Source of the DNA: Williopsis jadinii
Lineage: Eukaryota
NCBI GenBank assembly: GCA_024346625.1
Contig: AP024667.1
Coordinates: 744,001-808,000, forward strand
Direction of reading: 5' to 3'
Length of the DNA stretch: 64,000 nt
The translations under genes were made by a program, and so were the position numbers. Below are positions 42,306 through 54,230 of the stretch, piece after piece. The notes under the pieces were generated by a model that was not told the origin of the DNA, made no database searches, and saw only the letters and a list, made by a program, of their open reading frames with translations. Each line of letters starts with the position of its first letter. Positions within the stretch are counted from its first letter, which is position 1.

Positions 42306-44494
42306 CTCCTCCGCTTGGACAGCTGGTTTCGCCCGAGCGCACGCTCCGCGCTCTGCCCGTATCTTCATTGCTGGGCTGAGCTCGCGGTAAATACGGTGCT
42401 TGAGCGCATTAAATTTTGATGCTTGCCTTCGAACAATGCTTACGTCACGTACGCACGCGTACGTGTCAGAGCTCGTGAGTTCGTTGTGTGCTTCTCGCTA
42501 CGCCGTCGTGGCTGCCAGCAGGCCCAGGTTGGGATCCCCCGGTTGTAGCGACGTTGTAATATATGTTTTATCAACAATGGCCTCTGTGTGGCACGATGCT
42601 GTGCCCGGGTGCGAGTTGAGCCTATAGATCACGACAGTAGGATGGTCTTTAAGTCAGTGTAACAGTATAGGAAATGTAAGGTGAAAAGGGTGTTTCATAA
42701 GAGCTTGGAGGAGGGAATTCAATGGCTCGAAGAGGAACTCTTAAGCCATTGTAAAACACGCAAATCTCGATATGGCGTGATGCTACTAGTTCTCCCGAAT
42801 ATAAAGAGAGCGTGCCGGAGCGTTGGTAAGAGCGTGGTGGTTTGACGAGGAAGTTCCATAGAAACATCCTTCATCAAATCGATGGTGTATTCGGGATTAA
42901 TTCCGCAGGTTGAATCTCACGCTTGGAAGGCCTTCACGCCGCCAGCTCTCCAGCTGGTTTACATTTGCAGAACAATGGAGGTGTGGTTCCGCTGCTGCTC
43001 CATGGCGCACACGGGTGGCGTACTGTGAGATCTGTCTTGAGCGACGAGTACGGTTGCCAGTGCACACGTTTCCAGGGCCGTGTAGTGCTTTGTTATTGAC
43101 GGAGACGAGCTCGAGCGTACACACGTAGAGGGTAGCGATACGCTTGGAATGAGCCTCTCTGGGAATCATTGTCGAGCGATGCGTTGGCATTGGTGGAATG
43201 CGAGCAAACTGAGCTCTGAAACAGCCAGTGGATCAGCGATGCACTGGGATGCATAGGCGTGTTTCAAGGCCACCGTCGGGTTGGCAGATCACAGCAGCGA
43301 ATGTAGTTTTAGCCGAGATCTCAAGTGAGCGATACTGGGAGTGTGTTGTATGGATATGTGGATTCCATGACGTGGTAGTAGGTGGTTGTACAGCGTTTCG
43401 GGTAGGCCTTTTTTCCCGTGAACCGCACGATAAACTACCGATACAGCCATTCCAATGGGTTGGAGCAGAGGTTGGAGCAGAGGTTAAAGCACATGCTAAA
43501 GCACAAATTCTATTGAAACTAAGAGGCTACGCTGGGTGCTTGAGACCCGAGGCATGTCTATCTCTCAGAGAACGGCCCTCACCACACGCCAGGCCCACTG
43601 AAATCCTTTTGGAAGCTGATTCCAGATAAGCCGACGTATGAAGCTCACGACAGTAAGTAGCCCAATATGGTATAAACCACACGCATTCTGGAGTTATCAA
43701 GACACCAGAAGCCCTGGCTACCAGTGTTCTGTCACCAAAATCAGCCTATATGAATATAAATAGCGGCACTGGTGGGTCCCTTAAGGGCTCCTCCATAGCG
43801 ATATATCCCAGCTACGGCTCAATTGGAAGGAAAGCACATCTACACGGAGCAACAGTGTACTCAGGACCACACACGAGCTTCAGAACGTTCTCACAGACTA
43901 CTCCAGACACCATCTCGGTGTCCATCGCGCTGAATCCTCTCAATCATGTGGTTCTCTGACACATCTGCACGCACATGCAAGGAATGTATATCAAAGCGAT
44001 TGTCTATTGTTATAGCAGAACATTAACATAGATTAGGGTAGTACGATATGGCTCTGTAGGACCAATTAACACAGCAAAACATGTGTTGTTGAAGTATATA
44101 TGCTTACAAGTTGTTTATATTAGCCAGGACTGGATACTTCTAATGTTTTTTCTCAACATCAGATATTTCACTCTTATATTAAATATTCAGAAAGGGAAAA
44201 CAAGGTGTCTAATTTCCCCATAATATTATCCCAAACAATTCACGACAATGTGCTACTCAAGCAGCACAGCACTTAACCAACATTATATATCCAATATTCT
44301 ATATCAATGCAGTAATTACGCCTACAATTACAACAACCACTCGGTTCAATTGGCTCACTAACTCATACTTAACATCACAACAGCACCACCACCCAATTAG
44401 CCAATGAGAAGCCGAATCGAAGCCACGCAAAGTCCAAACACCCGGGAGGGAATGTGCTTTTCCCATCAAACAGCCATAAAACAGCCGCAGACTC

Positions 44495-44800
44495 ACGCGT
44501 CGTCTTTCCATTTGCTGCCAATTTGCCCATCTCGGCAATCCCGACGCGTCGCGTCCCGTCAAGAAACACCCACCAAGGCCCAGGAATGATGATGTGCACA
44601 CTCTCAGAACCAAAATGGACACACTAAACCACCCCAATTGGAAACACACAACGTGGCCTAAGCACCAGTACCCTCCAAATAGCAGAAAAAACCCCATCAT
44701 CAATGCTTTAAAACACCAACTTGTACCCAAATTCCTCTTCCATTGCTGAAAAGTTTTCGTGTTTTTTTTTCGCGTTTTTACCCAATTCGTACAGACGCGT
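44495..44800 (+). promoter_or_regulatory. MCB/SCB cluster upstream of the C2H2 gene
   Basis: ACGCGT at 44495, 44544 and 44795; TTTCGTG near 44755; TTTCGCGT 44768. Confidence 0.65.
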
Positions 44801-44991
44801 CCCGATTGGGGGTGTGAGGAAAATTAACGCACACCATTTCTGGTCCGATTGGGCATGGAAATTACGAGCAGCTAAATTACACACAGTTTCCTTCTTCCTT
44901 CGTCCTCTTCTTTGCAATCTTTGCGAATATTCCTTGTCCTTTGTCCCCTTCCACCTCTCCTTCCACTCGCCAAAGGTCTATCTGCTACAAC

Positions 44992-46224
44992 ATGAGCTCA
45001 CCACCTGCTATGCCATTCACTTCAATGCTGTCGTCGTCTCCGATGAAGGGGTTCAGCTATTACTTCCCGCAAGACCCAGAGACCGATTTCCTGTCTCCCG
45101 GTAACACTGGGCTATCGCATCTTGTCATTGGAGGACACAACGCTCCAGGGAGCGTTGCTGGTGAGTTCAGCGAGAACTATGAGGAGCTTGCTCTTCAGCA
45201 GCCGGTGAAGATCTCAGTTGATGCCATTTCCGAACAAGAGAACCTGTTCCCAGCAATGCACGCTTTCCACAACAACATTCCTCAATCGCAATCGCTGCAG
45301 TCGATGGACTCTGTGCCGTTCTTGTCAGCTTCGACCTCTGAGCAGTCCTTAGGCTCGGGCTCGTTCTACCAGACCCCGTCTAAGGTTCGAAGATTGAGTG
45401 CTACACTGACCCCAATGACTCAGATCTACGAAAGCCCTGAGCAGAGGAAGAACCCTTCGCCCGTATCGTCCACGAAGAACACCTTGAGAACACCAAGAAT
45501 GAGACTGCACAAGCGTACGAAGAGTAGGCTCAGTCTCGATGCCAGTGGATGTGCAGCCATTGTTACAGAGAGGAAATCACCGGGGACTAATCCGTTCTAC
45601 AACGCATTTGCTTCTCCAAACCAGTATACACCGCTACAGACTCCTCTGCGTGATCAGCTGGTGTCACCAAGCGTGACAATGACGAGCTCGTCCTCGTTGC
45701 AAAATATTCAACAGCATGCTCATTTCCCTCATTTTGTCCAGCCTCCACAGCCTTTGAGGTCGGTATCGATGCAATCATTGACACAGCAGCAACAGCAGCA
45801 ACAACAGCATCATCTTCCACATCAGCCTCTCAGATCTGTGTCGATGAATGCAATCTCCACTGGACAGCACATGTCGTTGGGCATGCCATTCCCAGAATCA
45901 CAGGCTGTACAGCATCACATGACGAGGTCGCAAAGCTCTGTGAATCTGGCTACTATCGCTGCTAGTGCAACACCACCTCCAGAGATCACCAAGTTCGACA
46001 TCTTGGAGCCTCGTCGTAACAAGGCCTCCAAGATCCCATGTGATAAGAAGCAGCACGTCTGTCCACTGTGTGGAGGCGTGTTCCAAAGGCCTGAACATGT
46101 CAAGAGACACATGAGATCCCATTCGAGTGAGAAACCGTTTGAATGCGATGAGTGTGGGAAGAAGTTCAATAGGCCAGATAATCTGAGGGCTCATGGGAGA
46201 AAGATACACGGGAAACACCATTGA
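44992..46224 (+). CDS. Two-finger C2H2 transcription factor with S/T-P-rich disordered N-region
   Basis: [50 protein letters not shown]; poly-Q tract. Confidence 0.88.
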   Translation: MSSPPAMPFTSMLSSSPMKGFSYYFPQDPETDFLSPGNTGLSHLVIGGHNAPGSVAGEFSENYEELALQQPVKISVDAISEQENLFPAMHAFHNNIPQSQSLQSMDSVPFLSASTSEQSLGSGSFYQTPSKVRRLSATLTPMTQIYESPEQRKNPSPVSSTKNTLRTPRMRLHKRTKSRLSLDASGCAAIVTERKSPGTNPFYNAFASPNQYTPLQTPLRDQLVSPSVTMTSSSSLQNIQQHAHFPHFVQPPQPLRSVSMQSLTQQQQQQQQHHLPHQPLRSVSMNAISTGQHMSLGMPFPESQAVQHHMTRSQSSVNLATIAASATPPPEITKFDILEPRRNKASKIPCDKKQHVCPLCGGVFQRPEHVKRHMRSHSSEKPFECDECGKKFNRPDNLRAHGRKIHGKHH

Positions 46225-46342
46225 TTGGCGTAGTATGAATACAAAAGACTTTTATCTTCTATTCTTCATAGTAGTTCATTAATATAAATAGATAACATTA
46301 AAAGGAGAGTCGGATGATACCAGGACACACCTTCAAAGAACA

Positions 46343-48175
46343 TCATTCTAACTTATCGTAGAGTGCCTGTAGGTCATAGTTCTCCCTCCAGTAACGACCT
46401 CTCTTCTTCAAGATGTACAGCACCACGCTCCATAGAACAACAACGCCAGCACACATTGAAAGCATCGGTCCAACACCCATACCAGTGATCATCGGATCAA
46501 CAAGGAAGACAGCAGCAGTAGCCATGGTCTGTCTGCACAAGTTATTCACAGCAACTCCAGTGGCACCTCTTCCAGGCAGCGAATCAACCAAGTACGTCAC
46601 TGTTGGACCAATGGTCATCATTGTTGCGTATCCAAAGAGTGTAGTCCCGATCAACGGCGTAACCCAGAAGGTGTGGAAATGGAAACACCAGCCAATGATC
46701 AGCAGAGCAATTGGATAGCAGACGACAGCACTAACCATGTTATAGGAGATTCTCGCTTCTGCAGCTCCAAACCCATGTTTCTTGATATAATCACGAAGCA
46801 GCTTATCTGTCCATTTACCTCCATAGATGGACGCAATGATATATGCCACGGAATTTGGAATATACGCCAGACCAACGTACAGAGACCCCCAGTTATACGG
46901 TGATCTGGAGAACTCGTACTCCAACGTCATGTTCACCAGGTATAGCGTTGCAAAGGTCAGCGACGAGAACGACACTGATAAAGACACTGGTGGATACTGC
47001 AGAAAGTACACAGCTTTCAGAGGCCTTATGCCAATCTCGTAGAAGTTCTTCTTGAACAATGCCCACTTGGAGGCGTGGAGATCGTTGATGCTCTCTTCCA
47101 GCCTCGTCTCCATACGTCTGAGATCGGCCTCTTCCGTTTCCTTTAGCTGCACTGGGTCAACACACTCTTCATTGCCATAGAGAGATTCAACATTGCCCTG
47201 TTCTGTTGCTCTTGACACTCTCGAAGAGATCCGACTTATAGCGTTCTCCTCGTCTTCTGTCTTGGAGGAGTCGTCAGCCTCTTTATTCAGACGTCTTTCC
47301 TCCAGCACCTTGGCAATGGCCTCCCTTGTGATCTGCTCACGAAGTGTTTCCGGCAGGAAGAAGATCAGAAGCATGTCGAGCACTGCAGCCAACGCCATAC
47401 AAAACCACTGAGTTGATCTCCAGTCCCAGGATATCAGCAAAAGAGAGCCAACTATGGGGCTGATGAGCGGACTCACCAGGGATCCCAGGTAGAAGTAGCC
47501 CATCGCACGTCCTCTCTGCTCCGGCACGAACAAGTCAGAGATGGTACCAGCACCAACGGCCTGAACACTAGCAGAGCACGCACCTGTGAGCACTCTGAAC
47601 ACTATGAGCATCTGGATGGAAGAAGACAGGGCCGCACCTATGGCGAATCCGATGTACATGGAGAAGCTCAAGATATACACGCTTCTCCGTCCTATTCGCT
47701 CACTGAAGTTGGACCACCACAGTGGGAACACACCAAGCGATAACAGGTAGATACCAACAGAGACGTTCACCATGGACGTTGTTGTGTTCAAGTCCTCTGT
47801 CATGTCTCCAATCGCAGGGAACACGATGGACGTGCCCATCGGGCCTATCAGACCAGCAACAGCTATGATAAACACTATGAAGCTCTTCAGAGCCATGGGA
47901 TAGTCTCTGGCGTCTCTGAACTCAGGCACCAGTGTCAGCTGAGCCAGCAGGCCTCTTCTCTCCTTCCTTGGACGCTGGAGCGTCTTATCCGACAGCGTGG
48001 ACGCCGTGGTCTTGGTCTTCGCCAACGCTACGGGCTCCACGTTGTGGTCACCAGCAGGCTCCACCTTGGAGACTATGGGCACAGGTATATGTCTGTCATT
48101 GATGCTGTGCTCGTGCGACGAGGGCAGCGATGATATTGACGACACGGGCGAAAGCTCTTCTGTCTCAGCACTCAT
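46343..48175 (-). CDS. QDR3: MFS drug:H+ antiporter (DHA1 family)
   Basis: RRGLLAQLTLVPEFRDARDYP, WSNFSERIGRR, GAGTISDLF..EQRGRAMG, FFLPETLR; 12 TM pattern. Confidence 0.88.
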   Translation of the reverse strand: MSAETEELSPVSSISSLPSSHEHSINDRHIPVPIVSKVEPAGDHNVEPVALAKTKTTASTLSDKTLQRPRKERRGLLAQLTLVPEFRDARDYPMALKSFIVFIIAVAGLIGPMGTSIVFPAIGDMTEDLNTTTSMVNVSVGIYLLSLGVFPLWWSNFSERIGRRSVYILSFSMYIGFAIGAALSSSIQMLIVFRVLTGACSASVQAVGAGTISDLFVPEQRGRAMGYFYLGSLVSPLISPIVGSLLLISWDWRSTQWFCMALAAVLDMLLIFFLPETLREQITREAIAKVLEERRLNKEADDSSKTEDEENAISRISSRVSRATEQGNVESLYGNEECVDPVQLKETEEADLRRMETRLEESINDLHASKWALFKKNFYEIGIRPLKAVYFLQYPPVSLSVSFSSLTFATLYLVNMTLEYEFSRSPYNWGSLYVGLAYIPNSVAYIIASIYGGKWTDKLLRDYIKKHGFGAAEARISYNMVSAVVCYPIALLIIGWCFHFHTFWVTPLIGTTLFGYATMMTIGPTVTYLVDSLPGRGATGVAVNNLCRQTMATAAVFLVDPMITGMGVGPMLSMCAGVVVLWSVVLYILKKRGRYWRENYDLQALYDKLE

Positions 48176-48754
48176 ATTTGTTCAGCAACTAACGTTGATC
48201 TTTGCTTATCATGAACGAGCAACACGGACAACGGGGTCTTCAAGCTCAAAACAGCCATCCGAAGCCAACTTATATACTTTACCAGCACCTGTTACCCACA
48301 AGTTAGAGAGGGATGTAGTGGGAGATGATTGTCGGAAGCATGCACCCGGCGCCGTGGTGTCCTGATGTCACACCGGAGCGCCCTCGGATCTCGTCCCCGG
48401 TTCTCTCACTCACCCTCGGATATCGTCCCCCGGTGCCGGCGCTGCAAAAAGGTGTCGTAACCGCGGCAACGCCATCTCACTCCGGTCCGCGCAGCACCAA
48501 CGGCATCAAACCGGTGTCGGGGCGTGTGCGTACCAAGCAGATTCTCACTACAAAACTCTTCAAAATGCCACACGCAACACCACAACCGGTGCGCTGCTGC
48601 TGTGGTTGTGGATCGAACAGTACGACTCAGCTGTTGGTGGAAAGGGCATTCTTGTAACGTCGGTGTGTCTCCATCTGTGTGTCATTGGCCGCGTGTGTAA
48701 AAATTTGCTTCTTTTGGCTCTCGTGGGATTCCTTTGCAAGCTTTGTATCAAGAG

Positions 48755-49975
48755 ATGGACTCAGTTAAGGAGACGAGCACTGTGGACGAGGAGGTGGAGT
48801 TCTCAACCTCTATAATACGTACGATGACCAACGACTCGATTTCGATCACGACGTCCTCGGTGACCAAGGAGATCGACGTCGATTGCCACGATAGCTCGCT
48901 GCCGGTGGTGAAAGTGCTGGGTACTGGAGGTACCATTGCTGCGAAGAACAGCTCTAACACCAAGACATACGGGTACAAGGTTGACTTGACCATTGAGGAC
49001 CTGATCCACTCTGTTCCAGGGCTCTCGCAGATTGCTCACTTGAAGTACCAGCAGATTGTGAATTTGGACTCGAAGGAGTTAAATGCAACGCATTTGTTGT
49101 TGATTCACCGTGAGATCAAGAGATCGTATGAACAGGAAGGTATCAAGAGGTTTGTCATCACGCACGGAACCGACTCTCTGGAGGAAACTGCGTTCTTTTT
49201 GGAAATGACCATTAGCCACCCGGATATCGTCATTGTCATGACAGGCTCAATGCGTCCTTCGTCCTCTATATCGGCTGACGGCTCCTTCAACTTGTACCAG
49301 GCCGTCACAGTTGCAGCTAATCCAGAGTCTCATGGCCGTGGTGTATTGGTTGTGCTTAACGACTCTATCGGGTCAGGTTTCTACATCACAAAGTCCAATG
49401 CCAACACATTGGACACTTTCAAATCTGTTGGTCAAGGTTATCTTGGCCAGTTTGTTTACAACAACGTGAACTTTTACTATCCTCGCTCAAGACCTTCAAC
49501 ACTCTTCATCGATATCGACTCTGACAAGCTTACACAGAATTTGCAGTTCTCTGCGGATCCGATCTCTGCAAAGAGACGCTATGAGCTTCCAGAAGTGTCA
49601 ATCTTGTACAACTGTCAAGGATTCAACCCAAGATTGATCGAATTGGTTGTTGAACAGATGGATGTGAAGGCCCTTGTTCTTGCCACTTCTGGTGCCGGTT
49701 CGCTCTCGGACGAGACTAACGAGGTTTTGAAGTACGTATGGCATAAGTACCACATTCCAGTGGTGTACTCAAAGAGATCTCAAGAGGGATGTGTATCTGC
49801 TGCTAATTTGCCAAAGATTGACCAAGGTAAGCCATTCGAAGGTGCAATTGCTGGTGGTTACCTCAACCCGCAAAAGTGTAAATTACTCTTGCAATTAACT
49901 CTGCACAAGGGTTACTCTATCAAGGAGATCAAGGATGCCTTCAGCTCTCAAGGTATATACGGTGGTGGTCAATGA
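48755..49975 (+). CDS. ASP1: Cytosolic L-asparaginase
   Basis: VLGTGGTIA, ITHGTDSLEETAFFL, TGSMRPS, ADGSFNLYQA, YLNPQK; no signal peptide. Confidence 0.92.
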   Translation: MDSVKETSTVDEEVEFSTSIIRTMTNDSISITTSSVTKEIDVDCHDSSLPVVKVLGTGGTIAAKNSSNTKTYGYKVDLTIEDLIHSVPGLSQIAHLKYQQIVNLDSKELNATHLLLIHREIKRSYEQEGIKRFVITHGTDSLEETAFFLEMTISHPDIVIVMTGSMRPSSSISADGSFNLYQAVTVAANPESHGRGVLVVLNDSIGSGFYITKSNANTLDTFKSVGQGYLGQFVYNNVNFYYPRSRPSTLFIDIDSDKLTQNLQFSADPISAKRRYELPEVSILYNCQGFNPRLIELVVEQMDVKALVLATSGAGSLSDETNEVLKYVWHKYHIPVVYSKRSQEGCVSAANLPKIDQGKPFEGAIAGGYLNPQKCKLLLQLTLHKGYSIKEIKDAFSSQGIYGGGQ

Positions 49976-50052
49976 AAGAAGTATTTAATGCATTTTTTTT
50001 TTTTTTTGCTGATGTATATATACAGTTATCGCATAGACTATTTAAAAGGAAT

Positions 50053-51705
50053 CTAACGGCCATCAAAGCCCTCAATATTACCGAGAACTCTTACAATTGC
50101 CACCTCCGTAGTGGCTAGAAGAGAGGTGACACCAGCAGCGTTCACCAATGAGCTCTTAACGGTGTTGAATGGATCAACAATTCCAGCTTCGTACATGTCG
50201 ACGACTTCACCGGTGCGGGCATTGACACCAAAGCTGAAATCCCCGTCAGCAATCTTCGATTTGAGAGATGAGAGGTCGAGACCTCCATTGCTCAAGATCC
50301 TCTCAAATGGTGCACTCAGGGCCTTCTGGACGATCTCAATGCCAACTTTGGTATCGAATGAGATGTCATCAGCTTTGAGATGATCGAGCACCTTAGAGGC
50401 TTTATAGAGAGCAATGCCACCTCCAGGGACAATACCACCTTTCAATGCGGAATATGTTGATCCCAGAGCATCGTCCAGCCTGTCCTTCTTCTCCTTAACC
50501 TCCAATTGAGATCCACCTCCAACACGAACAACAGCAGCACCTGAGGTCAACTTGGCAAGACGCTCGTTCAGCTGTTGTCTATCGCCAACTGCTAATGATT
50601 GATCTTCTAATCTGGCTCTGATGATTTCAACACGCTCAGCAATTCTGGAAGGATCGCCCTTACCATCAACAATCACAGTTTCTGTTGGAGAAATAGTCAC
50701 TGATGATGCACTTCCAAAGACTTCTTTAGAGGCAGTACTGGCCACCAGACCTTGGTCCCTATCTACCAGCGTTGCACCAGTAGCAGCTTCCAAATCCCCG
50801 AAATAGTCTGCCCTGGCATCACCAAAGCCAGGAGGACGAACACCAACAACGTTCACCTGGCCTCTAAGCTTATTCAGCAATGCAATAGCCATGGCATCTC
50901 CACCAAAGTCATCTGCAATGACCAGCAGTGGTCTTCCCTCACGCTGAGCGTGAGACAGTGCAGGAAGTATGTGTTGTGAGTTTCTCAATTCACCCTTTTG
51001 CAGCAAGATCAACGGATTCACAAGCTCAACTTTGGCACTTGGATTCTTCACATCACCAAAATTTGCGTTGATGAACCCTTCGTTGAAACGAAGTCCCTTT
51101 TTCACCTCCAGCTCATCTACAAGCTTACTGCCACTTTCAACAGTGATTATACCATCTTTACCAACCTCCTGGATCGCATCAGAGATCAGGGAACCCAGTT
51201 TCTCATCACCATTACAACTGATCACGGCAACTTGTTTCAGCTCATCACCTTCAGTGACAGGTCTCTTCAGCGACTCCAGATGCTCCACAACAGCTGTAGT
51301 GGCTAGCATGACACCTCGTCTAATGGCGTTCGCATCACAGCCGGAACTCACCTTCTTGATGGATTCATTCAGAATTACGTACGCAAGCACCGTACTACTG
51401 GTGGTACCGTCCCCGGATTCTGAGTTGGCCTTTTGAGTGATATCCTTCAGCAGCTCAGCACCGAGGCTCTCAAACTTGTCGGACAGCCCGACATCCTCCG
51501 CAATCGACACACCATCCTTGGTGATCTTGGGCATGTTGTACACCTGCTCTATGAGCGCATTACGCCCACTTGGTCCCAATGAAATGGCGACGGCGTCGTG
51601 GAGCTTGGACGCACCTCTCAAGATAGACAGACGGGCATCGTTACCGAACTTGAGCTCGTTATGGACAGTCTTGATCCCTCTCGTCAGAGTTCTGTATTTC
51701 AGCAT
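50053..51705 (-). CDS. TCM62: Divergent mitochondrial chaperonin-60 paralog (TCM62-like)
   Basis: Presequence MLKYRTLTRGIK; LGPSGRN, ITKDGVS, GDGTTSST, PGFGD, RLAKL, GIVPGGG, GIVDP; no GGM tail; lies next to QDR3 (ASP1 intervening), as TCM62 does in S. cerevisiae. Confidence 0.72.
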   Translation of the reverse strand: MLKYRTLTRGIKTVHNELKFGNDARLSILRGASKLHDAVAISLGPSGRNALIEQVYNMPKITKDGVSIAEDVGLSDKFESLGAELLKDITQKANSESGDGTTSSTVLAYVILNESIKKVSSGCDANAIRRGVMLATTAVVEHLESLKRPVTEGDELKQVAVISCNGDEKLGSLISDAIQEVGKDGIITVESGSKLVDELEVKKGLRFNEGFINANFGDVKNPSAKVELVNPLILLQKGELRNSQHILPALSHAQREGRPLLVIADDFGGDAMAIALLNKLRGQVNVVGVRPPGFGDARADYFGDLEAATGATLVDRDQGLVASTASKEVFGSASSVTISPTETVIVDGKGDPSRIAERVEIIRARLEDQSLAVGDRQQLNERLAKLTSGAAVVRVGGGSQLEVKEKKDRLDDALGSTYSALKGGIVPGGGIALYKASKVLDHLKADDISFDTKVGIEIVQKALSAPFERILSNGGLDLSSLKSKIADGDFSFGVNARTGEVVDMYEAGIVDPFNTVKSSLVNAAGVTSLLATTEVAIVRVLGNIEGFDGR

Positions 51706-51869
51706 CGGCCAGTGTTCCTCACCGCAGACTTACACTCAGAATATGGGCAGAAGCGTGTGTTAATTAGTAATTGACGTCGTAGTGGTAGTTAGCCATTCCC
51801 TCGAGAGAGTGCTGTTCGGCGCTGGTTTCCGATGCCAGGGGCCGAAAGCGGAAATCAATTCCGACACGG

Positions 51870-51955
51870 CCGGGTAACCTCATCGCTTACGTAATTTTTT
51901 TTTTCTTTCCTTTTTTTTCGTACCTCTGCGCTGCAGAAAAATTTTATGTCTCATC
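51870..51955 (+). promoter_or_regulatory. Ribosome-biogenesis promoter: Reb1 site, PAC, RRPE
   Basis: CCGGGTAA 51870-51877, CTCATCGC 51879-51886, GAAAAATTTT 51936-51945, poly(dT) tract near 51895-51918. Confidence 0.8.
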
Positions 51956-52035
51956 AAAACTCCTCTGCTTTACAAACTGTTCAACAGAGAAGCGAGCAGA
52001 ACCCTCACGTTGACGCCGATAGGAGAGTAGGAACA

Positions 52036-53952
52036 ATGCAACTGACATGGAAGGATATCCCAACTGTTCCAACGTCCAACGACATGTTGGACATTGTGCT
52101 CAATAGAACGCAGAGAAAGACGCCGACGGTGATCCGTCCGGGCTTCTCTATCCAGAGAATCAGGGCGTTTTATATGAGAAAGGTGAAGTTCACAGCTGAA
52201 GGGTTTGAGGAGAAGTTCGACGACATCTTGAAAGGTTTTCCTAAGATTGATGATGTGCATCCTTTCCACAGGGATCTGATGGACACTTTGTACGAGAAGA
52301 ACCACTACAAGGTGTCTCTTGCTGCTGTCTCTAGAGCCAGAACCTTGATTGAACAGGTTTCAAGAGACTACATCAGACTGCTGAAGTTTGGTCAGTCGCT
52401 CTTCCAGTGTAAGCAGCTGAAGAGAGCTGCGCTCGGTAGAATGGCCACTATCATGAAGAAGCTCAAGGACCCCTTCGCGTACCTTGAACAAGTTAGACAG
52501 CATCTGGGTCGTCTGCCATCTATCGACCCAAACACCAGAACTCTGTTGATTTGCGGTTATCCTAACGTCGGTAAGTCCTCTTTCCTTCGTTGTATCACAA
52601 AGGCAGACGTCGAGGTGCAACCATATGCCTTCACAACCAAGTCTTTGTATGTTGGTCACTTTGATTACAAGTACTTGAGATTCCAGGCCATTGATACGCC
52701 AGGTATCTTGGATAGACCTACAGAGGAGATGAACAACATTGAAATGCAGTCCATCTACGCTATTGCACACTTGCGTTCAACTGTGCTTTACTTTATGGAT
52801 ATCTCTGAACAGTGTGGTTTCTCCATCGAAGCACAGGTCAAACTCTTCCATTCTATCAAGCCATTGTTTGCCAACAAGTCTGTTCTTGTCGTGATAAACA
52901 AGACCGATATCCTTAAGCCAGAGGACTTGGACCCAGAACGTCAAGAGTTGTTGAAGACATTGACCACGGTTCCAGGCGTTGAAATCATGACTGCTTCTTG
53001 TCATGAAGAGGACAATGTCATGCAGGTTAGAAACAAGGCCTGTGAGAAGCTGTTGGCCTCCAGAATCGAGCAGAAGTTGAAGGGTACTGCCCGTGTCAAC
53101 AACGTCTTGAACAAGATCAACGTTGCAAGACCTGCTCCAAGAGATGACCGTAAGAGAGAGGCATTCATCCCAGAAGGCGTCAAGAATCTCAAGAAGTACG
53201 ACTCAACTGACCCTAACAGAAGAAGATTGGCCCGTGATATCGAAGAAGAGAACGGTGGTGCTGGTGTCTTCAAAATCAACTTGCACGACAAGTACTTGCT
53301 CGAGGATGACGAGTGGAAGGATGATAAGATGCCAGAGATCTTGGATGGTAAGAACGTTTACGACTTCTTGGATCCAGATATCGCTGCTAAATTGCAAGCA
53401 CTCGAAGAGGAAGAGGAGCGTTTGGAACAAGAAGGTTTCTACGACAGTGACTCTGAAATTGAAGACGAGGAGGCCGAGGACATCCATGAGAAGGCTCAAT
53501 GGATTAGAGAGAAGCAACAGATGATGATTAATGCTGCCAGAAACAGAAAGGCCTTGAAGAACGGTGGTACCATGCCTCGTTCAAAGATGTCCAAGTCATT
53601 CTCTGAGATGGAGGCACACATGGAGTCTCTTGGACACGATATGTCTACTTTGCAGTCCAAGAAGGCTGCCAAACTTGCTGAGAAGTACCAGGACACCGGT
53701 GCAGACGTTGTGTATGGCGAATCAGTTGGTCCATCTTCCTCGAAGAAACAACCTGCTTACAAGTCTGACCGTTTGACAGACGGTGTTGCTGATGGTGCAC
53801 TTAGATCTAAGGCTGAGAGAATGGCCAAGATGGAAAGACGTGAACGTAACAGATATGCCAGACAAGGTGAATCTGACCATCACATTGGTAACATCATGCC
53901 AAAGCATTTGTTTGCTGGTAAGCGTGGTGTCGGTAAGACTGATCGTCGTTGA
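52036..53952 (+). CDS. NOG1: Nucleolar GTP-binding protein Nog1
   Basis: [41 protein letters not shown]-terminal [17 protein letters not shown]. Confidence 0.98.
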   Translation: MQLTWKDIPTVPTSNDMLDIVLNRTQRKTPTVIRPGFSIQRIRAFYMRKVKFTAEGFEEKFDDILKGFPKIDDVHPFHRDLMDTLYEKNHYKVSLAAVSRARTLIEQVSRDYIRLLKFGQSLFQCKQLKRAALGRMATIMKKLKDPFAYLEQVRQHLGRLPSIDPNTRTLLICGYPNVGKSSFLRCITKADVEVQPYAFTTKSLYVGHFDYKYLRFQAIDTPGILDRPTEEMNNIEMQSIYAIAHLRSTVLYFMDISEQCGFSIEAQVKLFHSIKPLFANKSVLVVINKTDILKPEDLDPERQELLKTLTTVPGVEIMTASCHEEDNVMQVRNKACEKLLASRIEQKLKGTARVNNVLNKINVARPAPRDDRKREAFIPEGVKNLKKYDSTDPNRRRLARDIEEENGGAGVFKINLHDKYLLEDDEWKDDKMPEILDGKNVYDFLDPDIAAKLQALEEEEERLEQEGFYDSDSEIEDEEAEDIHEKAQWIREKQQMMINAARNRKALKNGGTMPRSKMSKSFSEMEAHMESLGHDMSTLQSKKAAKLAEKYQDTGADVVYGESVGPSSSKKQPAYKSDRLTDGVADGALRSKAERMAKMERRERNRYARQGESDHHIGNIMPKHLFAGKRGVGKTDRR

Positions 53953-54230
53953 TCGATATGCTGTATCTAATACATTTGGTTTCATGATGATAACTTTCTT
54001 CTTCTCTTTGCATTTTGACTTTCAATAGGGGTTTCTGAATATTGTTTTGTACACTAGTTAATGGGTTTTAATTTACAAACGTTCCATATACATTACATGT
54101 AGCTGATGAGTATAAGATAAAGAAACATATTTCAATTAATGTCATAATCTGTGATATCTGCAACAATATTCTATATACGCGGTGGTGAAGCGATCCATAT
54201 AATGCAAGTCGAGGATTCTCCAATCCATCA

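Noticed and set aside
53984..54037. Box C (ATGATGA) and box D (CTGA) pair downstream of NOG1
   Set aside because: Too short for a typical snoRNA, lies in an AT-rich 3' UTR, and no recognisable rRNA guide
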